Below are positions 9,201-18,500 of a stretch of 32,000 bases of DNA, in pieces. The DNA is from Acaryochloris thomasi RCC1774. Its GTDB lineage: Bacteria > Cyanobacteriota > Cyanobacteriia > Thermosynechococcales > Thermosynechococcaceae. The stretch is from positions 120,001-152,000 of the forward strand of contig NZ_PQWO01000009.1 in the NCBI RefSeq assembly GCF_003231495.1, given 5' to 3'. Numbering within the stretch: the stretch's first letter is position 1; every line of letters begins with the position of its first letter. The notes below the pieces were generated by a model. It saw nothing but the letters and a program-made list of their open reading frames with translations. It did not search any database and had not been told where the DNA came from. A program made the translations under genes and the position numbers.

Positions 9201-9520
9201 ATTTCGTGTCGGTCCACCATCTGATTGAGTGCCTGCTGGAAGGCATCAATATCAAGATCTCCCTCTAATCGCAGAGCAGTGGGAATGTTGTAGAAGGGAT
9301 GATTGGGTTCAAGCTGGGTCAGAAACCAGAGCCGCTGTTGCGAAAAAGATAGCGGTGCTGATGTTTTTGAAGGCCGCTGCGGAATGATGGCGCGAGGTTT
9401 CCTCTCTCCTCGGAGTCGCTTTGCGAGTAAGGCACGTTTGGCCGCTGAAAGCTGAGCTGTATTAGCTGGCATTGAGCTGCTCCTCTGCTTCGTCGTCGCT
9501 GAGAGCTTCAATTTCCGCAA
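3224..9520 (-). CDS. Non-ribosomal peptide synthetase, C-A(Ser)-T-E-C
   Basis: 2098-aa ORF. Motifs: C (HHIISDAWS); A (LAYVIYTSGSTGKPKG; code by eye DVWHISLIDK, Ser-type); T (FFELGGDSILSLQV); E (LLPIQHWFFEQ, HHLVVDGISWRIL); DCL-type C (LYPLSPAQQGILFH, HHLILDGWS). It ends after the C domain with a basic tail and no T or TE. An alternative start ATG at 9472-9470 (MPANTAQLSAAKRALL...) would cut the overlap with the upstream gene from 59 to 11 nt. The true start is undecidable from sequence alone. Confidence 0.95.
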   Translation of the reverse strand: MRKLKLSATTKQRSSSMPANTAQLSAAKRALLAKRLRGERKPRAIIPQRPSKTSAPLSFSQQRLWFLTQLEPNHPFYNIPTALRLEGDLDIDAFQQALNQMVDRHEILRTTFATVDEQPQQIIHPHLNNDFKGVALAPPAPQLWGESTARWDCFPIEQINLSKLSQAGQEQEIERLAILDGAKAFDLSKGPLLRVTLIGLSAAESVLLFTLHHIISDAWSTGIFVRELALLYTSALQSKPVALPPLPMQYADFAHWQRHQTKRLETQLDYWRQQFETLPPVLALATDRPRPAQQTYQGDCCTIELPEPLTAALEQLAQETDCTLFMVLLASFQVLLHRYTHQSDITVGTPIANRNQIEIEGLIGFFLNTLALRADLSGNPTFKELLEQVRERTLGAYGHQDLPFEKLIDELDVLRNLSHSPLFQVMLILQNVPTTSLTVPGLTLTPLRYDTHTTKFDLTLICIEQNNGLTALMEFSTDLYSSATIKRMLAHWHTLLEGIVEHPQANLSDLPLLTPFDLEQRQKWNQTQTRYPLDQPLHVWIEQQVDRTPDAIATSLASLEENGTQKSLTYRELDTRANQLAHTLKERGIGPDILVGVFLERSLDLVVALLGILKAGGAYVSLDPDYPAERIAYMVADAQPALVLTQETLRSRLPENVPCLPLEQDQIATQPQTHLHSSVHSANLAYVIYTSGSTGKPKGAMNTHAAICNRLLWMQETFALDATDHVLQKTPFSFDVSVWEFFWPLMTGAKLVVAKPGGHRDSTYLINCIKAEQISTIHFVPAMLSAFLETPDVEQCSCLKTVIASGEALPVALQEKLQQHLPAQLHNLYGPTEAAIDVSHWHCQASDQQLSIPLGYPIANIQLHVLDQFLHPVPIGVPGELHIGGIGLARGYLNRPGLTAEKFIPDPYCDQSGARLYKTGDLVRYLPTGVLEFLGRIDHQVKIRGLRIELGEIEATLQQHPQIKEVAVKVHTAPSGAKQLVAYGVLERELKIAELQKWLAPKLPDYMVPGIFVPLLQLPLSPNGKIDRRALVPPHFESDKREQQPPQTTAEQLLADIWSQLLNVSSIGIDDNFFELGGDSILSLQVVSRATQAGLQLTPKQLFQHQTIRSLAQVAGTVPVIKAEQAVAGNSSLLPIQHWFFEQALPNPDHWNQAVLLKVPSSLTFVELQRCVERLVQHHDGLRSQFSPTQFSPTQSHWTQTIPESTNEILCQEISLTSLPPEQQSLAITETAAQVQSSLNITVGPLLQIALFRTAPQEADRLLITIHHLVVDGISWRILLDDFQALLKQQNLPPKTCSARQWNQQLKGYDALAQKDFWLQQGVEATPLPIDFSDGSNTYATRRTHEIQLSTAETTTLLQRVPKAYSATINDLLVAALVRAITQWSKQPTLRIDFEGHGRADLGIDISRTVGWFTTLYPVQFDLSDAAELSTALKTIKEQLRQVPDQGLGYGVLRYLARDAELQSQAPAPIRFNYLGQFELGTDALFSVAPESMGPLKGLDNPCTHALTVDAEITAGQLTLRFGYSQAQYRAATIETMAMSFCGELRSQLSHCLDPNNCGFTPSDFPLAPIQQRQLDHLITAKGKIADLYPLSPAQQGILFHTLYAPNSGLYITQFSYKLKGNLNVNALQQAWQAVIDQHPALRTAFVWEGLDQPLQYVEPQVSLPWTTIDLVPSDASSRDDQNPPILGDLGFDMSSAERGQRSNIASQQHSLEQSLGKILYDDRVEGFALDQAPLMRVQLVRLSEDTHELIWSFHHLILDGWSLPLVLQTVFQHYGALEKSQSFAALTPCPYRDYIHWLSKQDQDQATQFWRQYLQGFSSPTSLGGKTNPILGSRADREQGYTCLEYVVSEEVSITLQEFSQRHRLTTNTLAQGAWGILLSHISAQQDVVFGATTAGRPPELVGAEQMVGVFINTLPVRIQIEPELEILSWLMALQQQQITVRQYEYSSLTQVQQLTAVSKGTSLFESLLVFENYPVDASAFQNMPASVRLQDFRSTSNNSYPLTVRVLPGASLKLEMMVDLTRFQTSQIERWLQQFATVLRQMTDSQTTVGHLLNNLQVEQQQNQNQQMQTLETSSLSKLKRVRRKAVAPDNQEVSS
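4440..4480. repeat. Possible heavily decayed relic of the same element in the DCL C domain
   Basis: aaatctcccaaaattggaggattttgatcg resembles tttccccccagaattggggggctagggggg with many GC-to-AT changes. The host peptide NPPILGDLG echoes SPPILGGK. The surrounding loop is about 25-30 aa longer than in sister C domains of this cluster. Confidence 0.3.
4870..6130 (-). other. Epimerization domain
   Basis: LLPIQHWFFEQ and HHLVVDGISWRILLDDF. It is preceded by a GGDSI-type T domain and followed by a DCL-type C domain (roughly 3330-4850). Confidence 0.85.
5939..5968 (-). repeat. Tandem 2 x 15-nt in-frame duplication (QFSPT-QFSPT) in the E domain
   Basis: The minus strand reads caattctctccgaca followed by caattttccccgacc. 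The three differences are all third-position and synonymous. The repeat directly abuts a HIP1 site at 5968-5975. Confidence 0.8.
9075..9119 (-). repeat. Solo arm of the G6/C6 palindromic element (copy A), in frame inside the first C domain of the 2098-aa NRPS
   Basis: ctctccccccagagttggggggccgggggggcgagtgca at 9081-9119. Across the G/C runs and hairpin it matches the arm at 19639-19678 except for one loop base, and the outer 8 nt also differ. No recognisable partner arm lies within 100 bp. Host translation is VALAPPAPQLWGES. Confidence 0.7.
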
Positions 9521-12500
9521 TTAAGACTTCTTCAATGACGTCGGCGATTTCTGCGACAGTATGGGCGTCAAACAGCCGTCTTAGAGGTAGCTCAATCTGA
9601 AAGGTTTCCCGCAGGCGGGACAGCACTTGAGTGGCGAGGAGGGAATGACCGCCGAGGTCAAAGAAGTTGTCGGTGACGCCGACGGTCTCGAGCTGGAGAA
9701 TGTCGCACCAGATAGTTGCGATCGCAACCTCAGTCTCAGTCCTGGGGGCCACAAAATTCTGACTTAACTCTGGCCGTACCTTCTCTGGGATCGGCAGCGC
9801 CTGACGGTTCACCTTACCGTTAGTGGTCAAGGGCAAGATCTTCAGCACTACAAGCAAACTCGGAATCATATAGTCCGGGAGCTGGGTCTGCAGATACTGC
9901 CGCAGGTCAGCCGTATCCGTCACGGTTTTGGTCCTCACAACATAGGCAACCAGCATCGGATTGTCTCGCTGATCTTCACGGACCACGACCACCGTTTCTT
10001 TTACGGCGTCGTGCTGGGTCAAGACGGCCTCAATTTCACCTAACTCAATCCGAAAACCATGCAGTTTGACTTGCTGATCGATTCGTCCCAAGAATTCATA
10101 TGAACCGTCGGGCAGCAGTCGAGCGCGATCTCCGGTTTTATAGAGTCGCTCTTCAGCACTATTTATCCCAACGGGAAGAGTAATAAATCGCTCAGTTGTG
10201 AGCTGAGGGCGATTGAGATACCCTCGCCCCACCGTTCGCCCTCCGACATAAACTTCTCCTGGCACTCCGATGGGGACGGGCTTTTGATGAGCATCTAGCA
10301 CATAAACTTGAACACCATCAAGGGGAATGCCAAGGGGAACGGTGGCACTGATGGCTTCTGCAATGGATTCGGTCGTTACGGCCTCGGTCATCACCCCTAC
10401 CGTTGTTTCAGTAGGGCCATAGTGATTGAAAATCTGACAGTGGGGTTGCAGCGCCATAATGCTCTCAATCAATGACCAGCGGCAGACTTCTCCCCCTAAA
10501 ATCAGTCGCTGTTGCGGCAGAACGCCAGAAGGACTTGGCCCCTTTAAGAGTGCCTGTAAATGAGAGGGGACTATTTTCAAGCAAGCAATCTGTTGTTGTT
10601 GACAGTAATCGGCAAAAGCTTGGCTATCGCAGACGCGCTCTGTTGCCAGTAGATGCAGCGTTCCCCCCTGGCAGAGGCTCGGGAACAGCATTGTATGCCC
10701 AAGGTCTGCCGCTAGCGTAGAGACAGAGGCATAGCTAGCGGAGGGAGGGAGCTGCAGGCGCTCAATGATGCCGTAAACATAGGTCATTAACTGACGGTGT
10801 TCCACTGCAACAGGCTTGGGTTGCCCTGTGGACCCTGAGGTATAGATTAGATAGGCCAAATTTTCGGGCGTGGCCTGACTCTGCGGCGGTTTGATTGGAT
10901 ACTGCTGGAGCCGTTCTTGTTCTGCTTCTAAGCAAAAGATAGGGGGGGAATCAGACGGTAAATTGGGCAGCAGCTCCGTTTGGGTAATGATGACGGGGAC
11001 TTTTGCATCCTCCAGTCTAAACGCTAGTCCTGCTGTTGGTAAGGCCGGATCAAGGGGCAAATAAGCGCTGCCTGATTTGAGAATGGCTAGAATTGCGACG
11101 ACGGCATCCACCGAACGTTCTAAATACAGTGCTACAGGGATATCGGGGCCAGCGCCACAGTGCTGCAGCGCATGGGCCAGTTGGTTGGCCCGTTGTTCTA
11201 GAGCCTGATAGGTAAGCTGCTGTTCTTCATACACGACCGCAGTTTGGTTGGGTTTCTGCAAAGCCTGCTGAGCAAATTGCTGATGGAAACAGTCGAGGAG
11301 TTGGGTTCCTGGATCAATTTTTATAGGGCTGGGCAGCTCCTCTTGCTTGAGTGTGAGAGGAATGTTGCCAAGTGATTGTTCTGGATTCTCTAGCGCATGA
11401 GTCAGTACTGCCTGCCACTGACTTGTAAATATCTTGATGGCCTCTTGCGATAGCAAACTGGAGCTGTAATAGAGTGCAGCCTTGAAGGTATTACCTTGGG
11501 CAGTACAGGTTAAATGGAGAGGAATATTACAACTTCCCCAGATCCGGTCAATCTCAAACGCTAAATCTCCCGCAGAGAGAAGCGGAATTGTCTGATACTC
11601 AAAGCCCACGGAATGCTTTTGCTCAACGCCAGGGAAGTAGTCCTGCCATTCTTCAAGCTGCTCCCATTCTTGTTGAACGTGTTGAACTAAGGTTGCAAAG
11701 GATATCGATTCAGAGAGACATCCCAGAAAAGGAAGAGGTTGCTGAAAGGCTCCGATGCCTGACTCAAGTTCTGGGTCAGAGCGATGTTGGGGAATGACTC
11801 CGATGGTGAAATCGGGTTGTTCTGTCTGCCGCCACAGCATCACTAGCCAACTGGCAAGCAGAATTGCACCAGAATTCGGCGAGGAACTAAGCTGTTCCTG
11901 CACAGATTTTGATAGCTGAATTTTGTGGACTTCAGTTTGATTGTCAGAAGGTGCATTCCTCCGACTCAAAGGAGCCGAGAGCGATGGCAGCTCTACTCGC
12001 CGTTGCCAAAAATCTTGTCCAGCGCTGGCTTCTTCATCATTCTCTAGGGACTGCTGCCAAGTTACGAATTCAGAAAATTGAACCAGCTCTTCAGAGTCGG
12101 TGAGTCTCTGTCCACCATAATGTTGCGCTAACTCAGTGACTAAGAGATGCAGGCTGTGATGGTCTGCACAGAGGGCGGGTACGGTCAGAAGTAGCCAATA
12201 TTCTTTGGCTTGCCCTCCTAAAACGGCTTTAATGACCGGGAGCTGTTCTAAGGTGTGGGGCTGTTGGCGAATGTCTGCAATGGCTTGCTCTAGAGTGATG
12301 TTTTCCTCAACACGCTGCAAACTTACAGGGGCTTGGGGTTCCACCACTTGGAGAGGCATCGTCAGCGTGGCCGGTTGGCGAAAGATCGTCCTCAAGCTTT
12401 CGTGACGTTTAACAACGGTCTCCAAGGCTTGACGAAGTTTTCCTCTATCGAGGTCTCCCTTCAATGACACAAGAATCTGATTGCAGTGAGCCTGCTCTGT

Positions 12501-12566
12501 CTGCAGTGACCAAAGTTGGCGCTGCTGAGTTGATAGTTGAAATCCGCTGAGGGTTTGAGACTGCAT
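9462..12566 (-). CDS. Non-ribosomal peptide synthetase, non-catalytic C-like (interface-type) domain-A(Asp)-T
   Basis: 1034-aa ORF. The N-terminal C-fold of about 420 aa has PALCAD (12162-12179) aligned to HHxxxD, so both catalytic His positions are replaced by Pro-Ala. A domain: LAYLIYTSGSTGQPKP, code by eye DLTKIGHVGK (Asp-type). T domain: FFDLGGHSLLATQV. Acidic C-terminal tail EALSDDEAEEQLNAS. Confidence 0.95.
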   Translation of the reverse strand: MQSQTLSGFQLSTQQRQLWSLQTEQAHCNQILVSLKGDLDRGKLRQALETVVKRHESLRTIFRQPATLTMPLQVVEPQAPVSLQRVEENITLEQAIADIRQQPHTLEQLPVIKAVLGGQAKEYWLLLTVPALCADHHSLHLLVTELAQHYGGQRLTDSEELVQFSEFVTWQQSLENDEEASAGQDFWQRRVELPSLSAPLSRRNAPSDNQTEVHKIQLSKSVQEQLSSSPNSGAILLASWLVMLWRQTEQPDFTIGVIPQHRSDPELESGIGAFQQPLPFLGCLSESISFATLVQHVQQEWEQLEEWQDYFPGVEQKHSVGFEYQTIPLLSAGDLAFEIDRIWGSCNIPLHLTCTAQGNTFKAALYYSSSLLSQEAIKIFTSQWQAVLTHALENPEQSLGNIPLTLKQEELPSPIKIDPGTQLLDCFHQQFAQQALQKPNQTAVVYEEQQLTYQALEQRANQLAHALQHCGAGPDIPVALYLERSVDAVVAILAILKSGSAYLPLDPALPTAGLAFRLEDAKVPVIITQTELLPNLPSDSPPIFCLEAEQERLQQYPIKPPQSQATPENLAYLIYTSGSTGQPKPVAVEHRQLMTYVYGIIERLQLPPSASYASVSTLAADLGHTMLFPSLCQGGTLHLLATERVCDSQAFADYCQQQQIACLKIVPSHLQALLKGPSPSGVLPQQRLILGGEVCRWSLIESIMALQPHCQIFNHYGPTETTVGVMTEAVTTESIAEAISATVPLGIPLDGVQVYVLDAHQKPVPIGVPGEVYVGGRTVGRGYLNRPQLTTERFITLPVGINSAEERLYKTGDRARLLPDGSYEFLGRIDQQVKLHGFRIELGEIEAVLTQHDAVKETVVVVREDQRDNPMLVAYVVRTKTVTDTADLRQYLQTQLPDYMIPSLLVVLKILPLTTNGKVNRQALPIPEKVRPELSQNFVAPRTETEVAIATIWCDILQLETVGVTDNFFDLGGHSLLATQVLSRLRETFQIELPLRRLFDAHTVAEIADVIEEVLIAEIEALSDDEAEEQLNAS
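11306..12566 (-). other. C-fold domain lacking catalytic histidines (PALCAD), candidate interface domain
   Basis: Aligned by eye, LLLTVPALCADHHSLHLLVTELAQHY corresponds to LLFTLHHIISDAWSTGIFVRELALLY of a canonical C domain in the same cluster. It lies immediately downstream of the fused TauD domain. Confidence 0.7.
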
Positions 12567-12569
12567 GGG

Positions 12570-15500
12570 TTAGGTTGCTGACTGAGTAGATGGAGAGTCG
12601 ATCATTTGTCCCAGGGCGACGACAATTTTGCGCGTACCTGTGTAGGGCTGGCGACCGTGGGCCATCAGCATGTTGTCCAGCATCAGCACGTCGCCTTTTT
12701 GCCAGGTGAACTGCTGGGCGCAGACCTGATAGGCGGCGTTGACTTCGGCTAAGACCTCTGGTTCAATTTCAGAGCCGTCGCCGTAATAAACCTGACGCGG
12801 CAGGCAGTCACCGCCCAGTAAAGAGCGCAGAGATGCTTGGGTCTCGGGGTCGATATAAGAGAAATGATGGAGCTGAAGCTGATTGAAGAACACTTGGTCT
12901 TGGGTCTGGGGATGGGTTGCGATCGCATCTCTCACCTGCCGAGTTCTCAACCCACCATCCTCAAGCCAAATACACTCAACCCCTTTGCTCTGACAGCGCC
13001 ACTCCACTACGGTGCGATCATCCGTCTGAAAGAAGTCTTGCCAACTGACATCTAGACCCGGCACAAAGTTACGCTCATACATCAGCTTCTTTTGAGCAAA
13101 GCGATCGCGCACCTCTGGACGCAGCCTTTGATAGAGCTGTCGACAATCAACAATCGGGGTCTCTCCGCCTGATACCGAAGGCTGAACACAAAAGAACCAG
13201 ATCTTCATCGGCCACTGTTCGAGGTGAGAGCTTTCGTTATGAAACAAGATCGCCCGATCGTCGGGATAGGGTGTAGAACCATAGACCTTGCCCCCAACCT
13301 CTGTGCGCGGCAGATCGCCATACTCACCAAACAGTTCAGGGCACATGGCCTTTGCCACATCTTCAAAGGCTGAAGCATCGGGGATATCAAACCCTCTAAA
13401 CAACAGCGCCCCAGACTGCTGAAGCTGCTGCTCTAGCTGTGGTCGTTGCTCCTGCGCCCAGGCGGCAAGATTCACTGCCGGGAGTTGGGGCTGATAGAGA
13501 CCAACGCCAGTGGGGTGGGTGCTGAAACCTACAACTTCTGTTGGGGAAACGGCTCGGTTTTTCTGCCGCTGAAAGCGCTTGCGTTTAGGAGGTGGCGCGG
13601 TGAACTGAGAAATGATGGCTTCAATCGAAGTCTCTGGAGCTTCCACTAACTTTTGGAGAAGATCTGTATATTGCTGCGCCAGCCGATTGATGGTGGTGTC
13701 CTGAAAGACATCGGTGCTGTAATTCCAGTTGATCACTAACCCCTCAGGTGTCTCTTGAATAAACAACGCTAGGTCAAATTTGGCTACCTGAGCCTCGGGC
13801 TGGGTGGGCGTCATCTTCAGGTCCGGCAGCTCTATCGCTGGCATCGGTGCATTCTGGAGTACAAACAAGACCTGAAATAGAGGCAGTAGACCCTCCTGAC
13901 GCTCAGGCTGTAGGACATCGACAAGCTGGGCAAAGGGAATATCTTGATGGTCATAAGCACCCAGCGCCACGGTCTTCACTCGCTGCAGTAGCGCTTTAAA
14001 GCTGGGATTACCAGAGAGATCGGTACGCAAGACCAACAAATTCACAAAGAAACCAATCAGACCTTCCAGTTCACTGCGAATGCGGTTGGCAACATCGGTG
14101 CCCACCCAGATGTCTCGCTGCTGGGTATGGCAGCTTAACAAGATCTTGAAGCCTGCCATCAGGGTCATAAACAGAGTCGTGTCTTCTTGTTGACTCAGTT
14201 TCACGAGCGCTTCAGACAGGTGGGGCGATAGCGTCAAAGAGACCGTCACGCCTTGATCGCTTCGCTGGGCAGGCCGGGGAGAATCCAGGGGTAACGCCAG
14301 GGTTGGCAGGTCTCCGCCTAGCTGTTGTCGCCAGTAGGTGAGCTGTGGTTCAAGGTCTTGCTGACGCTGCCAGAAGGCGAAATCTGCATATTGGATGGGG
14401 AGCGGGGGCAGAGTGACATCACGCTTTGAAACAATTTGGGTGTAGAGCTGCGAAAGGTCTTGAATTAAGACGCCCTTCGACCAGCCATCGGCAATGATGT
14501 GGTGCATTGTGAACAGCAGCACATGTTTCTCTGGGTCTAGTTTTAGGAGCTTGGTTCGTAGTAAGGGGCCTTGGGAGAGAGTGAAAGGGGTTTGAGTGTT
14601 TGCGATCGCAAGTTTCTCCAATACCAGCTCTTGTTCGTCTAAGGTCAAATCCTGTAAATCAACGACAGGAATATTGAGCGTCAGCGACTCAGCAATCAAC
14701 TGCACAGGTTGACCACCAACGCATGCGTGACCTTCTGCATTGCCCCCCCGGCCCCCCAATTCTGGGGGGAGAGTCTCAGAGGTTAGTTTGTTTCCCCCCA
14801 GAATTGGGGGGCTAGGGGGGCCAGTGAAATATCTGTGCTGGATTTCCGAGATCTGAGTAGACACCTCTGACTCCAGGCAGAAGGTCGTCCGCAGAATTTC
14901 GTGCCGCTCAACAATTACATTTAAACTCGACTGCAGAGCAGCAATATCTAAACGGCCTTCAAGCAACACTATTGCAGGCTCGTTATAGGCACTGTTTCCT
15001 GGAGTGAGCTGATCCATAAACCACAGCCGTTCCTGAGCAAAAGATAAGGGCAACGGCTGTTGACGACTGATCGGAACAAGGCGAGTAGCAGACTGCAGCG
15101 GCGGTGCTAAATCAATATGAGTCGCTAGAGTTGCTATCGTAGGGGAGCTAAACAGCAACTGAAGCGGCAGCTCCACGGAGAAATGACTGCGAATTCGAGA
15201 CACCACTTGAGTCGCGAGTAGCGAGTGACCCCCTAGCTCAAAGAAGTTGTCATCAACGCCTGCTTGTTCAATCCCTAAAATCTCAATCCAGATTTGCGCG
15301 AGCTGCTTTTCTGTCGGTGTTTGAGGCGTGACAAAGGCATGACTGCGTTTAGAATTCGAACCCTCTGTAGAGGCTAAGGCTCGACGATCTAGCTTACCGT
15401 TGGGCGTTAACGGAAACTCACTCACCCAGATGAATTGGGCTGGCATCATATAGTCGGGCAGAGATATCCGCAACCACTGCTGTAGCTCATTTAGCTTGGG

Positions 15501-18500
15501 TTCTGTTTCTTCTTGAAGCTGACCGTAAGCAACTAGCGTATCCGCACCCTCTGCAGAGATGACCACCGCTTGAGTAATGAGGGGATGCTGATTGAGACAC
15601 GTTTCAATTTCACCCAGTTCAATCCTGAAACCGCGCACCTTTACCTGATCATCTATCCGCCCTAAATGCCGGATGGAACCATCTTTTTGAACGCAGGCCA
15701 GATCGCCAGTTCGATAGAGCCTAGCTCCCGGCTTATTTGAAAACGGATTGGGGATAAACCGCTCGGCACTCAAACCCGGACGCTGATGATAGCCCCGTGC
15801 CAGACCTAAACCGCCGATATACAGTTCGCCTGTCACTCCAGTGGGAACCTGCTGTAGGTGAGAGTCGAGGATATAAACCTGCGTATTTGCGATCGCAAAG
15901 CCAATCCCTACGGCTTCCTTCGCTAAAACGGCTTGCTGAGTAGACCAAATCGTTGTTTCGGTGGGGCCATAGAGGTTCCATAGCTCAGACCCGCAGGTAA
16001 TGAGCTGCGCTGCTAAGTCTGACGACAACGCTTCGCCACCGCTCAATATTTTGAGATGCTGCTGCCCTGTCCAGCCCGAGGCGAGCAGCAAACGCCAAGT
16101 TGCGGGTGTGGCCTGCATCAAAGTGGCCTGCTGCAAAGACTGCCCTAGCTGAATCCCGTCTAGAGCCATTTCACGACTAGCGAGCAGAACTTTAGCTCCG
16201 TTCACCAGCGGCAGCAGCAGCTCTAGGACTGCAATATCAAACGATAAAGAAGTCACTGCGAACATCACATCGTCTGCAGTGATTCCAGGAGATTGACCGT
16301 GGGCTGTCAGGAAATTGATGACGGCCTGATGCGTAATTTGGACTCCCTTGGGCTTCCCTGTGGAGCCTGATGTATAGATCACGTAGGCCAGTTGCTCAGG
16401 GAAGGTTGTCAGCCCTAAGTTTTGGGTTGTTTGTTTTGCGATCGCAACTCTATCAATTGCCCCATTAATCACAACCTCTGACTCAATCAAAGGTTCACCA
16501 TCAGTGATCAAAACCTTTACCTGAGCATCAGCGACCATATAGCGCAATCGTTCAATCGGGTAGGCCGGATCGAGGGGGAGATAGGTTCCTCCTGCTTTGA
16601 GAACGGCCAACAGAGCCACCACCATCTCAGGGCTGCGATTGAGCAGTAGACCGACTCGATCTTCTGGGGCAATGCCTTTCACGAGTAGGTATCGGGCAAG
16701 CTGATTGGCTTGAGCATTGAGTTCTGCGTAGGTCAGCGTTTGGGATTTAAATTCAAGCGCAATAGACTCTGGTGTTTGCTCAACTTGATGCTCAAACCAA
16801 CGATGTAAACCCGACCATTGCGGAAGCTGAGTTTGTGCTCCCTGGATAAATTGCTGCTGCTCTAGAGCCGTCAAAAGCGGTAAGTTGCCAATGCTCTGTT
16901 CCGGCTCCTTAATGATGGCTTCTAAAAGCGTTTGATAATGCCCTGCAAGACGCTCAATTGTGGATAAATCAAATTGATCGGTGTTGTATTCCAGAACGCC
17001 AGTGATCTCAGCTTCTGTTTCTGTGATGGTCAGCGTTAAGTCAAACTTAGCGGTGTGAGTAGCAAGGGCATCCGGTGTAATCGTTAATCCTGGCACTGTT
17101 ACTTGTCCAGGAGCCGTTTGGTGAGCAAACATGACCTGAAAAAGCGGCGAGTGGCTCAAATCTCTCGGGAGCTGCAGCTCTTCCACTAGTTTTTCTAAGG
17201 GAAGATCGGGGTGAGCATAGGCATCTAGCGCTACATCTTTAACGCGCTGCAGTAGCATTGAAAAGCTGGGATTGCCTGCAAGGTCTGTTCGCAGAACTAA
17301 GGTGTTGGCAAATAGACCGATTAATCCTTCAATGTCGGCATTGTTGCGATTCACGATGGGGGAACCGATCGCAATATCCGTTTGCCCGGTGTAGCGATAG
17401 AGCAACACTTTGAAGACGGCAAGCAACACCATATAAGGCGTTGTTCCTGCAGATGGAGCTAGCGCTCGAAGGTCGGTCGGGGAAGACAGCTTAAAGTTAA
17501 AGGTCTCTCCGGCATAGGTTTGCGTGGGAGGACGAGGACGATCAAAAGGGAGGTCCAGTGATGCCGGTAAAGGCGTTAGCTGCTGTTGCCAATACTCTAA
17601 TTGAGTTGCTAAAAATTCACCCTGAAGGTTCTGCCGCTGCCAGTGGGCGTAGTCCACATACTGTAAGGGCAACTGGGGAATTTCCAGCTCCTGTCCTTGA
17701 GAAAATGTCTGATAAAACTCTGTCAATTCTCTGAGGAAAATCTGAGTGGAGCTGCCGTCCGCGATGATGTGATGGAGGGTGACAATTGCGATCGCATCCT
17801 CCAAACCCACCCGCACAATTTTGACTCTTAGCAGTGGGCCTTGCGCTAAATCAAAAGAGGCTTGCGTGTCTTGCTCAAGGAGCTGCTTCAACTGTTCGGA
17901 CTGCTGCTGGCGAGAGTCTCCCTCTAGATCAATGATCGGTAAATCTAAAGGTCTAGCTGGGTCGATTACCACTGTGGGTTGACCTTCGTGGGCGATAAAC
18001 CGAGTTCGCAGGATTTCGTGTCGTTCTACGATCTTGTCTAGACTTTGCTGGAGGGCCGTGAGCTGCAGATGCCCCTGTAGGTGAAGCTTCGTTGTGATGT
18101 GATAGGTGGCTCCAGTGGTTTCGAGTTGCTCAAGAAACCACAGTCGTTGTTGGGCAAAAGACAGAGGTAAATCCCCCGCTCGATTGATTTGAGAAATCCT
18201 GCTTTCCGCAGGACTGTGCTGCACATTTAGAGAAGCAGCCAACCCAGAGATTGTAGGGGTTTCAAATATTTGTCGAAGGGGCAGATCAATCCCAAAGTGC
18301 GTCTGGATATTGGTGATCACTTGGGTTGCCAGCATGGAGTGGCCCCCAAGTTCGAAGAAAGAGTCTTCGATTCCCACGTCTTGCCGATTGAGGACACGCT
18401 GCCAAATTTGTACAAGGTCGGTTTCCGTTTGATTGCGAGGCGCTACAACTGGTTTTTCTCGGGGTTGGTATTCAGGATGGGGAAGGGCTTTGCGATCCAC

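Noticed and set aside
9472-9520. The N-terminal extension MRKLKLSATTKQRSSS of the 2098-aa NRPS as a genuine leader or signal peptide
   Set aside because: It overlaps the 3' end of the upstream gene in another frame and has no recognisable function. The internal ATG at 9472 gives a typical NRPS N-terminus (LSAAKRALLAKRLRG). It is kept only as an annotation ambiguity.
10940-10952. A G7/C7 run encoding SDSPPIF in the A domain of the 1034-aa NRPS
   Set aside because: It is a single homopolymer run without the hairpin partner or the flanking CTAG/CCGG run. The resemblance to PPIL is probably coincidental.
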